This document shows, piece by piece, positions 7,402-15,156 of a DNA stretch of 32,000 nucleotides. The notes under the pieces were generated by a model. It did no database searches. It had not been told where the DNA came from and was given only the letters and a program-made list of their open reading frames with translations. The first letter of the stretch is position 1. Each line of letters opens with the position of its first letter. The position numbers and the translations under genes are program-made. Origin of the DNA: Nanoarchaeum equitans Kin4-M (lineage in GTDB: Archaea > Nanobdellota > Nanobdellia > Nanobdellales > Nanoarchaeaceae); NCBI GenBank assembly GCA_000008085.1, contig AE017199.1:1-32000 (forward strand), given 5' to 3'.

Positions 7402-8441
7402 ACTATAGTATAAAAGCCTACTCCTCCTCCTTTTGCCACATTCAATATATGATCTTTGGAAAATCTTAATAAAATATTGCCAAACCTTAATTTTTTGTCG
7501 AAAAACGCATAAGGGTTAAAATCATAATAAAATATACCTTTTTTGATTTTATCATCTATATCTAAATATGAAATCTCTCTTTTTGGTATTTCTATAAACT
7601 CTTGGTATACACAGTTATCTCTTTTTTCGAAATAGACTTCTCCATGTGTGCCAAAATATGGTTTACACACATATTTTTTGAATTCTGGTTTAAAAGAGGT
7701 TTTTGCTACAATATCTAAAGCCCAATCTACCTCTTTATCTAAAAAGGCCAAGTTAGCTTTGTTTCCCATTATTGTAAATAGTATATCGTTAATATTTTGT
7801 TTTTCTAACCAATAATCTAGTTTTTTAACTTTATCTATATCTATGGCCCTTCTATATATTGGATAAATTCTATACTTTTTGTTCTCATAGAACTCGCTTT
7901 CCTTAATATATGGGCCTTTTAATAATTTGCTTTCCAAATAGTATTCGTCAACGAACAAATAATTATCGGGATAAACTATAATCGCAGGTTTATCGAATAA
8001 ACTTAAAAATGGCTCTCTATTATATCGAGGTTCGCCAACAAAATCAAAAAGCTCAGAAAACCATTTAGATGTAATATCTAATTGTATTACTCCTTCCACA
8101 GCATCAGCGTTAATTTCTATGAGCTTAAAATTAATCATATCAAATCTAATTATTCCCTTAAATTTGTAATTGTAGTTCTCATAAATTTTTAGATATAAAT
8201 TTTTTCTAAACTCGTCTATAGGATAGCCCTTTAAACTATTATCCAAAAACTCAAATACTATTTCCTTTATTCTTAAAAATATGGCATTTAGCTTTTCCTC
8301 TATCTCTTTTAGTTTTTCCTTCTCTATAAAAAATTCAGTAACTGCTAAAGGTATTCGATATTTGCCTTTAGTTATTGGATATGCTTCTTTTACAAACTCT
8401 ATAATTCCTTCTCGGTTTTCCATAACCCATGTAAAGTACAA
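7398..8441 (-). CDS. Putative ATP-grasp-type amide ligase (glutathionylspermidine-synthase-like)
   Basis: IIRFDMINFKLIEINADAVEGV resembles the R-f-D-f...k-l-l-E-x-N-a-D-t-P block of the GspS/pre-ATP-grasp family. Recognised by eye only. The start may be the internal Met at 8423. Confidence 0.4.
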   Translation of the reverse strand: MYFTWVMENREGIIEFVKEAYPITKGKYRIPLAVTEFFIEKEKLKEIEEKLNAIFLRIKEIVFEFLDNSLKGYPIDEFRKNLYLKIYENYNYKFKGIIRFDMINFKLIEINADAVEGVIQLDITSKWFSELFDFVGEPRYNREPFLSLFDKPAIIVYPDNYLFVDEYYLESKLLKGPYIKESEFYENKKYRIYPIYRRAIDIDKVKKLDYWLEKQNINDILFTIMGNKANLAFLDKEVDWALDIVAKTSFKPEFKKYVCKPYFGTHGEVYFEKRDNCVYQEFIEIPKREISYLDIDDKIKKGIFYYDFNPYAFFDKKLRFGNILLRFSKDHILNVAKGGGVGFYTIV

Positions 8442-8728
8442 TAGCTTATAGCAATTAGTTTACCTTTCCCTTCTAGTTTAGCATAAACTATCGCTTTTGG
8501 TTCGGTATAATTATTGTATTCTCCATGCGCTTTAAATTCTATTCTCGCTATATGGGTTGGCTCTTTTCCCTCTGGTTCGAAATATAAGTCTACCCATTGT
8601 ATATGGTGGGAAGGCTCATTGGGATGTTTCACTTCTTTGCCAACTTCTATTGTAATTTTATATAATTCGCCCTCTTTTTCTATCTCTATTATAGGGGAAT
8701 GTTTTGGATTGTATTCGGTTTTGATCAT
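8399..8728 (-). CDS. sor: Superoxide reductase (1Fe-SOR / neelaredoxin)
   Basis: Collinear with Pyrococcus-type SOR: KHSPIIEIEKEGELYKITIEVGKEVKHPNEPSHHIQWVDLYF...AHGE...ISYCTLHGLWKTE. The His4-Cys ligand set is present. Confidence 0.93.
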   Translation of the reverse strand: MIKTEYNPKHSPIIEIEKEGELYKITIEVGKEVKHPNEPSHHIQWVDLYFEPEGKEPTHIARIEFKAHGEYNNYTEPKAIVYAKLEGKGKLIAISYCTLHGLWKTEKEL

Positions 8729-8774
8729 TGTTATAACTAAGTGTGATATTTAAAGGGGAAAAAACTGAAAATTA

Positions 8775-9815
8775 ATGAAAAAAATTGCGGTTTTTGTTCC
8801 CCATTCTATATACCCAAATTTTGGTGGGGCGGTTAGATGTTATGAGTTATTAAAAAGACTTGACAAGCGATTCCGTTTAATAATATTCTCCTTATCAGAA
8901 AAATTTGAAATAAAACGAATATGGGATAACTCCATTTTAATTGAGTACCCTAAAGGAATATTGCCTACTATAATGTTTTTTCGTATTGTTAAACAATTTA
9001 ATCCCGATTTGGTTATAGTTGAGTATACATCTATCTATTCTTTCTTCCCAACCATCATTGGTAAGTTATATGGGAAACCTGTTATATTGGATGCGCACAA
9101 TGTAGAATATGTATTTAAAAGGGGTAGGCTACCCTCCTTTTTATTACCTTTGTTTTTCTTGAATGAACTATTATTGTCTAAGTTGTCTGACATATTATTA
9201 GTAGTATCTAAACTTGATAAAAAGATATTTGAACTTTTATATAACATAGATAGGATTGTTGTTATACCCAATGGTGTAAACCCCGACAGGTTTTCTAATA
9301 ATGAAACAAAAAGTAATTGTGCCGTATTTCATGGAGATTACAATTATGATGCCAATAGGGAAGCTATAAACTTTATATTAGATCTGGCAAAGGAATTACC
9401 AGAAATAGAATTTGTAATCTTTGGTAGAGATACGAATAAAGTAAAACCAAAATCTAAAAATGTAAAAGTGTTAGGAGAAGTTGCATATGAAGAGATACCA
9501 AGAATTTTACAAAAATGTAAAATTGCAGTAGTCCCTCTATTTAGAGGGTCTGGCACTAGTTTAAAAATCCTAGAATACCTTTCAGCAGGTTTAACGATTG
9601 TTGCTACCAAAATAGCTGTCCGAGGTTTGCCTTTAAAAGAAGGTACACATTACTATAAAGCTGAAACAGAAGAAGAATTTGTAGAAAAAATAAAATATGC
9701 ATTAGAACACCCAACTAAGCAATATAGTGTTATAGAATTTTCCTGGGACAATATAAGTAAAAAACTAATAAAAACTATAGAAAAAGTAATAAATGTCCGT
9801 ACTAAACAAGATTAA
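8775..9815 (+). CDS. GT-B fold glycosyltransferase (GT4 / Glycos_transf_1 type)
   Basis: C-terminal catalytic-domain motifs: VPLFRGSGTSLKILEYLSAGLTIVATKIAVRGL (E-x7-E-like region). N-terminal GGAVRCYELLKRL. Confidence 0.8.
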   Translation: MKKIAVFVPHSIYPNFGGAVRCYELLKRLDKRFRLIIFSLSEKFEIKRIWDNSILIEYPKGILPTIMFFRIVKQFNPDLVIVEYTSIYSFFPTIIGKLYGKPVILDAHNVEYVFKRGRLPSFLLPLFFLNELLLSKLSDILLVVSKLDKKIFELLYNIDRIVVIPNGVNPDRFSNNETKSNCAVFHGDYNYDANREAINFILDLAKELPEIEFVIFGRDTNKVKPKSKNVKVLGEVAYEEIPRILQKCKIAVVPLFRGSGTSLKILEYLSAGLTIVATKIAVRGLPLKEGTHYYKAETEEEFVEKIKYALEHPTKQYSVIEFSWDNISKKLIKTIEKVINVRTKQD

Positions 9816-10833
9816 AACAGTATTAACTACCCCTATAAGAGATATCGAAGGAAGACTAAAAAAAGGTTATTATTTTTTGAGCCTAGAGATATCCTTAACC
9901 TATTTGTGTAATTCGCGTTGTACCTTTTGCAATATATGGAAAATTTATAAGGAAAACCCCAATTTATTGAAAAAAGAACTTTCTAAAGAGGAGTGGATTG
10001 ATTTTCTATCAAAAAATAATAAATATCTAGCATGGGTCTCTCTTACAGGGGGAGAACCCTTACTAAAAGATGGGGCAATAGATATTATTAACTATTTGCT
10101 GAACAATGGCAAAAATGTTGAAATAACGACTAATGCAATAGCATACAAATATATAATAGGAAACCTAGAAAAAATAAAAAATAAAAAGAAATTGTTTGTT
10201 GGTGTGTCTCTTGATGGACCCAAGGAAATACATGATAAGCTTAGAGGAGTTCCGGGAAATTTTGACAATGCCATAAAGCTATTGGAATGGTTAGAACAAA
10301 ACAATTTTAATTTTGGAATCTCTGTAACAATTTCATACCAAAATGCTCCATATATCATGGAATTGTTTGAATTTTTAGAAAAAAGGGGCTGGATTGATAA
10401 AGTATCCTTTAGAGTAGCTACTATATCCCAATATTATAGAAATGAGCAAAAAATAGTTATAACAAAAGAGCATATACAGTCTATAAAAGAGGCATTATTA
10501 AAAATTTACAAAGGATATCCTCGTTTTAGGAAGGACAAATTCTATTTCGGAAATCTATTATTTTTAGAAGGTAAGATAGATTTTGATTGCGTAGCGGGTA
10601 GAAATTTCTTATTTATAGATCCATATGGCAATGTTTATCCTTGTCTCTATAGATTGGATAAAAAATTGGGAAACATAAAAGAGAATCCAAATTTGTTAAA
10701 TTACTTAGGGAAATTCAAAAGGGATTGCAAATGTTGGAGTGAATGCCATTACCTACCGGCTAGGAGGAGTAGTACAAAGGAGCTATTATCATATATTTGG
10801 TTTCGACTTTTTTCTAACAAAAAACATCTCTAA
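9793..10833 (+). CDS. Radical SAM enzyme with C-terminal SPASM/twitch-like Cys cluster
   Basis: CNSRCTFCNIW (CxxxCxxC), SLTGGEPLL, and C-terminal CVAGRNFLFIDPYGNVYPC...CKCWSEC. Overlaps the GT gene by 23 nt. Confidence 0.8.
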   Translation: MSVLNKIKTVLTTPIRDIEGRLKKGYYFLSLEISLTYLCNSRCTFCNIWKIYKENPNLLKKELSKEEWIDFLSKNNKYLAWVSLTGGEPLLKDGAIDIINYLLNNGKNVEITTNAIAYKYIIGNLEKIKNKKKLFVGVSLDGPKEIHDKLRGVPGNFDNAIKLLEWLEQNNFNFGISVTISYQNAPYIMELFEFLEKRGWIDKVSFRVATISQYYRNEQKIVITKEHIQSIKEALLKIYKGYPRFRKDKFYFGNLLFLEGKIDFDCVAGRNFLFIDPYGNVYPCLYRLDKKLGNIKENPNLLNYLGKFKRDCKCWSECHYLPARRSSTKELLSYIWFRLFSNKKHL

Positions 10834-11052
10834 GCATTCATTTAGTTGGTTATTTTGAAAGTATTTAAAAGATAAGGGAATTGGTATCTCTCCATATCGT
10901 GGCACTATATTTGGATTAAACCTATAAAGTAGCTCTCTTAGTTTCTCCAATTCAAAACTTAAAGTAAAGGGCAAATATGATCCGTATAATTTAATAATAT
11001 AGTTAGTTCGGTAAATTTGAATATGTGTTAAATAATTTATTCCTCTTTGCAA
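10789..11052 (-). CDS. Possible small protein (87 aa), doubtful
   Basis: It fills an otherwise about 200-nt gap. No recognisable motif. It overlaps both neighbours. Confidence 0.25.
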   Translation of the reverse strand: MQRGINYLTHIQIYRTNYIIKLYGSYLPFTLSFELEKLRELLYRFNPNIVPRYGEIPIPLSFKYFQNNQLNECLEMFFVRKKSKPNI

Positions 11053-11984
11053 ATTTCTCCCTTTTTGATAGCAATTAGAGTTTTAATTCCAACTATTGTT
11101 AACAATATTGTGGCCAAACTTTCTATTGCTATTGCTAAGTCTATAAACAAAGGCATCTTAGTTAGATGGTAATACAAAATTGTTGCTATAGTTAAAGCAT
11201 CTATTGGAAATATGTAAGCCCACCAGGTTAGTTTAAATCTTATTTTAACGAATCTATCAATCAAAGTTACTAGTAATAATAAGAAAGCTAAAGCTGTAAA
11301 ATATAATATATTGGCGATACTATCTAAAGAGTGGGTTATTTTTATATAGCTAATAAACCCTACAGATGGAGGAGCTAGCAAAATAAATAATGAAGGCAAT
11401 AACGCCTCTGGCAATGGTTCATGGAAGAATTTTCTATAAAATAGAATAGTTGTTAAAATTATCCAAAATATTATTCCTATAGAGAAGAAGAACCAATTAA
11501 ATATTCCTAAAATTTGGTTTATAGGGGTTATTGGAACCAATATATTACCAACTATTGGTATATACCATGTTGGTGTTATAGTTGATAAATGTAGATCTTT
11601 TGTAATCCAAGTTCTTAGGTTAAAATATGTGAAAAGCAGATGTATCATAGTGCCTGCAATTGCTAAGGGTAAGGCAAAGTTACATTTTAATATTCCAAAA
11701 GATATAGAATCTATTAGTAAAGCTATAGAAAATAAAGGCAACATCGATAATTTTATTGGATTATTTATGTCTTTCAAAAACTCTTGTTTGAAAAATACAA
11801 TTTTTGCCAAATATAATATGGCTATTACTATTAAAGAAATAAAGGAAAGCCAAGCTAATCCTAAGCCTATCGATTTTAGATAGGGAAATAGTTCTGCCAA
11901 TCTTAAATAAGCTATTGATAAACCTCCAATCCCAACAGGGATAGCAAAAAACCCAGGTTGGAAATATCTAATTCTGCATGTCAT
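11037..11984 (-). CDS. TehA/TDT-family (SLAC1-like) anion channel/transporter
   Basis: About 10 TM helices. The N-terminus FQPGFFAIPVGIGGLSIAY resembles the TDT-family start (f-p-x-w-F-a-x-v-M-G-t-g-g-l). Confidence 0.55.
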   Translation of the reverse strand: MTCRIRYFQPGFFAIPVGIGGLSIAYLRLAELFPYLKSIGLGLAWLSFISLIVIAILYLAKIVFFKQEFLKDINNPIKLSMLPLFSIALLIDSISFGILKCNFALPLAIAGTMIHLLFTYFNLRTWITKDLHLSTITPTWYIPIVGNILVPITPINQILGIFNWFFFSIGIIFWIILTTILFYRKFFHEPLPEALLPSLFILLAPPSVGFISYIKITHSLDSIANILYFTALAFLLLLVTLIDRFVKIRFKLTWWAYIFPIDALTIATILYYHLTKMPLFIDLAIAIESLATILLTIVGIKTLIAIKKGEICKEE

Positions 11985-12030
11985 AAATAAATTGAATATA
12001 TGATTTTAAATTTATTTTTAGAAAAGCATT

Positions 12031-13089
12031 ATGCGTATTACCGTTATAGATTATTTCAAAGACATAGAAGATATTATTGGTATAACCGCCAAATCAACCC
12101 AAAGTTTGTTCCCTCCATCAGAATTAGAGATAGATCAAAAAGATATAGACGATATGTTAAAATATACTGTAGAGCACAAACTTTCTTCAGTATTAGATTT
12201 CCCATACTATATTATAGAGATTTATGGAGTTTCAAGAAGCTTTACCCATCAATGGGTTAGGCATAGATTATCTTCTCACATGCAACAAAGCTTAAGGTAT
12301 GTTAAAATAATTGATGAGAAGGTTTTAGAGTTATATGAAAGTGATAAAAGAATAGACCTTATTACATATGTGCCAAAATGGTTTGTAATCCCTCCAAGCA
12401 TTTTAATTTCTGGGAAAGAAGCGATTATAAAATATATAGAAGCTATGATTAATAGTTCTAAAGCTTATTTAGAATTACTAAACTACAAAATTCCAGAAGG
12501 AAATAGCTTTAACCATTGGTTTTTAACAAAAAATAGGGAGTATATTCCAAAAGAAGATGCTAGGTTTGCATTACCAATAGGTACAAAAACTTTTGTCACT
12601 ACTGCTGCAGATGCTGAAGAATGGTTGCATATTATGAAAGTTAGATGTTGTATGGACGCCCAATGGGAAATAAGAATTACCGCTTGGACTATAGGATTTT
12701 TGTTATATTTATTGCATCCAAGGATTTTCTATAGATTTGGGCCATGGTGTATACAAGAAAGATGCAGAGGTTTCTCAATAAAAAGGGATCCAACGTGTAT
12801 AAAAAACATATTTAATTTGAAGGAAACATTAAAAGAAATATCAAACAAAATTAGGGAGCATTTTATTAATAGAGAGGATGGAGAAATAGAAACACCTTTG
12901 GGAAGAATTAAGTTTTATATCGAAAACAAAAAATGGGATTTCTTTACTATAGATTTAACTGATATATTTGGGTATAGAACTAGTGAAGAAATTAAAAAAG
13001 AAGTTATTGATTATTTTGAATCACAAGGAATAAAATTGGATAAAAATTTGTTAGATTTTGAAGTTATAGGAAGGATAAGGTATATCTAA
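12031..13089 (+). CDS. thyX: Flavin-dependent thymidylate synthase ThyX, with an atypically long C-terminal extension
   Basis: ThyX motif THQWVRHRLSSHMQQSLRY (RHRxxSxxxxSxRY). Second block EDARFALPIGTKTFVTTAADAEEWLHIMKVRCCMDAQWEIR. Confidence 0.85.
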   Translation: MRITVIDYFKDIEDIIGITAKSTQSLFPPSELEIDQKDIDDMLKYTVEHKLSSVLDFPYYIIEIYGVSRSFTHQWVRHRLSSHMQQSLRYVKIIDEKVLELYESDKRIDLITYVPKWFVIPPSILISGKEAIIKYIEAMINSSKAYLELLNYKIPEGNSFNHWFLTKNREYIPKEDARFALPIGTKTFVTTAADAEEWLHIMKVRCCMDAQWEIRITAWTIGFLLYLLHPRIFYRFGPWCIQERCRGFSIKRDPTCIKNIFNLKETLKEISNKIREHFINREDGEIETPLGRIKFYIENKKWDFFTIDLTDIFGYRTSEEIKKEVIDYFESQGIKLDKNLLDFEVIGRIRYI

Positions 13090-13344
13090 TTCTTAAATTC
13101 TGGGGAAAGAGCCCTTTAATTTACTATTATAGAATAATGAAAAAATCTGCAATGTTTTAATAGCATTCCAAAATTTCTTTGGAAATCCTTTTATATGTGA
13201 ATGTAGTAAAATATGGCTATAGCATTAAGGTTTTCTAATAGTCTGTTAAAATAAAGAAAGGTAAAATTTATTTAACTTTAGACATAGGATTTCTAATGGT
13301 TGGTTACAGAATCTCCTCATTCGCATCTGTATAAACACGACTCC

Positions 13345-13590
13345 TTATTTTACCTTATATATAGGAATTTTCTTTCTATATGCATAAAGAATTAAGAAAA
13401 ATATGGACCATATTAAAACTATTACCAAAAACAATATTCCCTGTTCAAATATACTTTTGGGTTGCTTTTCCAAAATGGACAATATTATAATTATCGTAAC
13501 AAAGATAGAAACTATTAATCCCATTAATAATTGAAATTTTGTAACATAAACTTCCATTTGTTTAATACTATTCCAATTCTTTAAATACAT
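13345..13590 (-). CDS. Possible small two-helix membrane protein
   Basis: 81 aa with two clear hydrophobic helices. No other support. Confidence 0.3.
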   Translation of the reverse strand: MYLKNWNSIKQMEVYVTKFQLLMGLIVSIFVTIIIILSILEKQPKSIFEQGILFLVIVLIWSIFFLILYAYRKKIPIYKVK

Positions 13591-13652
13591 TTGCTATCCC
13601 TAGTATTAGAAATGTGTAAGCACTAATGATTGGGAGAAAATAGTCGTAGAAA

Positions 13653-14585
13653 ACTTCGACATTTCTAATATTCTAGAAACGCAACAATTTTGACTGAAGA
13701 AGAACTAAAGCTATTCGCCTTTCAATATTTCTAATATATTAGAAACGTGTCCAATGAATTAGTGTCTATATTATTATTATAGATAACTTTCAATATTTCT
13801 AATATATTAGAAACTTCTTTCGAATACGCTCCAAACACCGATTTCAATTCCTCTCTTTCAATATTTCTAATATATTAGAAACATCAAAATGAGAACGGAA
13901 AAATAACTGTTAAATTGAAAGTCTTTCAATATTTCTAATATATTAGAAACTAGCCAGCAGAATAGAAACTGCAGTAAATGATGCCTTCCTTTCAATATTT
14001 CTAATATATTAGAAACAGATAAAGTTATTGAAATAGTAGATTATAATAGAAGATGCTTTCAATATTTCTAATATATTAGAAACCTTCTAAAAAAGTCTAT
14101 TTTTCATTAACTCCGTCCGCACTCTTTCAATATTTCTAATATATTAGAAACACTATCGTATACTTGATCGAATGTTGATTTGAATGTTTTTCTTTCAATA
14201 TTTCTAATATATTAGAAACCTTTCCTTCTTTCAGTAAATTTATTACATCGTCCTGTGTGCTTTCAATATTTCTAATATATTAGAAACTATTCGCCCTCTA
14301 TCGGGTTTGCTTTAATAAACTCTTTCGCTACTATGTCCTCCTCTTTAGTATAACTTTCAATATTTCTAATATATTAGAAACTGTTGTGTGTTGTTGCCTA
14401 TATAATATATGATGTTGTGCTCTTTCAATATTTCTAATATATTAGAAACTTCTATATCATATTTATATGCATATAGTCCCAGTTTGAGACTTTCAATATT
14501 TCTAATATATTAGAAACGGAACATTTTGTTTTCCTTGAGCAAACTAAATACATCGTCCTTTCAATATTTCTAATATATTAGAAAC
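13653..14585 (-). CRISPR. CRISPR array with 14 repeats of 28 nt and 13 spacers
   Basis: Plus-strand repeat is CTTTCAATATTTCTAATATATTAGAAAC. Thirteen copies are identical, starting at 13719, 13787, 13855, 13923, 13989, 14056, 14124, 14192, 14260, 14354, 14422, 14490 and 14558. One degenerate copy (6 mismatches) lies at 13653-13680. Spacer lengths are 38, 40, 40, 40, 38, 39, 40, 40, 40, 66, 40, 40, 40. The minus-strand reading GTTTCTAATATATTAGAAATATTGAAAG ends in ATTGAAAG. The degenerate repeat is at the left and the leader at the right, so transcription is on the minus strand. Confidence 0.97.
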
Positions 14586-14871
14586 CCACAGGGCTATTCG
14601 AGCCTTTTCCCTTATATTTACAATTACGAACCTTATTATTTAAAAACCTTCTGCGAGGTTTTATAGTAAAAATATTTAAAAACCCCTGCAGAAAGCAACT
14701 TTCACTATTCCTTTTGGTTTCGAATAAGTATGTCTCGATCTAGCCTTAAACATAGAAAAATAATACTAAACAAAATAAAAGCAAGTAAATCAAATTATAT
14801 TAGAATAAAACCAAATAATTCCTAAATATTCAAATCGAAGTTATTAGAAATATCAATTATTAAACAAAAAT
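14586..14871 (-). promoter_or_regulatory. CRISPR leader, AT-rich, with two copies of a TATA-like module
   Basis: Lies between cas2 stop and the newest repeat. TATTTAAAAACC occurs at 14637-14648 and 14673-14684; on the minus strand this reads GGTTTTTAAATA, each preceded by CTGC(A/G)...GG. An oligo-T (ATTTTTGTTT on the minus strand) follows the cas2 stop directly. Confidence 0.65.
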
Positions 14872-15147
14872 CTAATATATTTGTAAATCTTTGTCTTCGC
14901 CAAGAACTATTTTATCCATAAGGCAACTTTTATCTCGCAGAACATATATTATTAAGGAATCAGTTTCCCCAATATAGGATTGCAATATCTTTTTCATATA
15001 ATATAAAGAAGAAGGGCTTATTTCCCCTTCAAACACAGATCTTTGCACATGGTATAAATATTTCCTTAAAAACTCTCTTATTTGGTTTTGCCTACTAACA
15101 TTTACATCATAAACCACTATCGCATACATGTTTATTTTATATTGCAT
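14872..15147 (-). CDS. cas2: Cas2 (CRISPR adaptation endoribonuclease-fold protein)
   Basis: MYAIVVYDVNVSRQNQIREFLRKYLYHVQRSVFEGE is the canonical Cas2 N-terminus. The true start is probably the second Met (ATG at 15129), not 15147. Confidence 0.9.
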   Translation of the reverse strand: MQYKINMYAIVVYDVNVSRQNQIREFLRKYLYHVQRSVFEGEISPSSLYYMKKILQSYIGETDSLIIYVLRDKSCLMDKIVLGEDKDLQIY

Positions 15148-15156
15148 TTTCTATAA

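Noticed and set aside
12000-12260. 86-aa plus-strand ORF rich in Arg/Tyr overlapping the thyX start
   Set aside because: It is out of frame with a gene carrying unambiguous ThyX motifs. Its composition is low-complexity and typical of an off-frame read of AT-rich coding DNA.
13090-13344. 255-nt gap between thyX and the small membrane ORF, scanned for C/D-box sRNA (RUGAUGA...CUGA) or small ORFs
   Set aside because: No convincing C and D box pair on either strand, and only ORFs of 13 codons or fewer. I cannot support any feature by eye.
13711-14296. Shared 9-mer CTATTCGCC at the end of the oldest spacer/repeat junction (13711-13719) and at the repeat/66-nt-spacer junction (14287-14295)
   Set aside because: About one 9-mer coincidence is expected by chance among ~500 nt of spacer sequence, and there is no extended similarity on either side.
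14843-14854. TATTAGAAATAT in the leader next to cas2, matching the repeat core
   Set aside because: A 12-nt match to the palindromic A/T core, with no flanking similarity and no spacer-length register with the array. It may be a relic but is not supportable.
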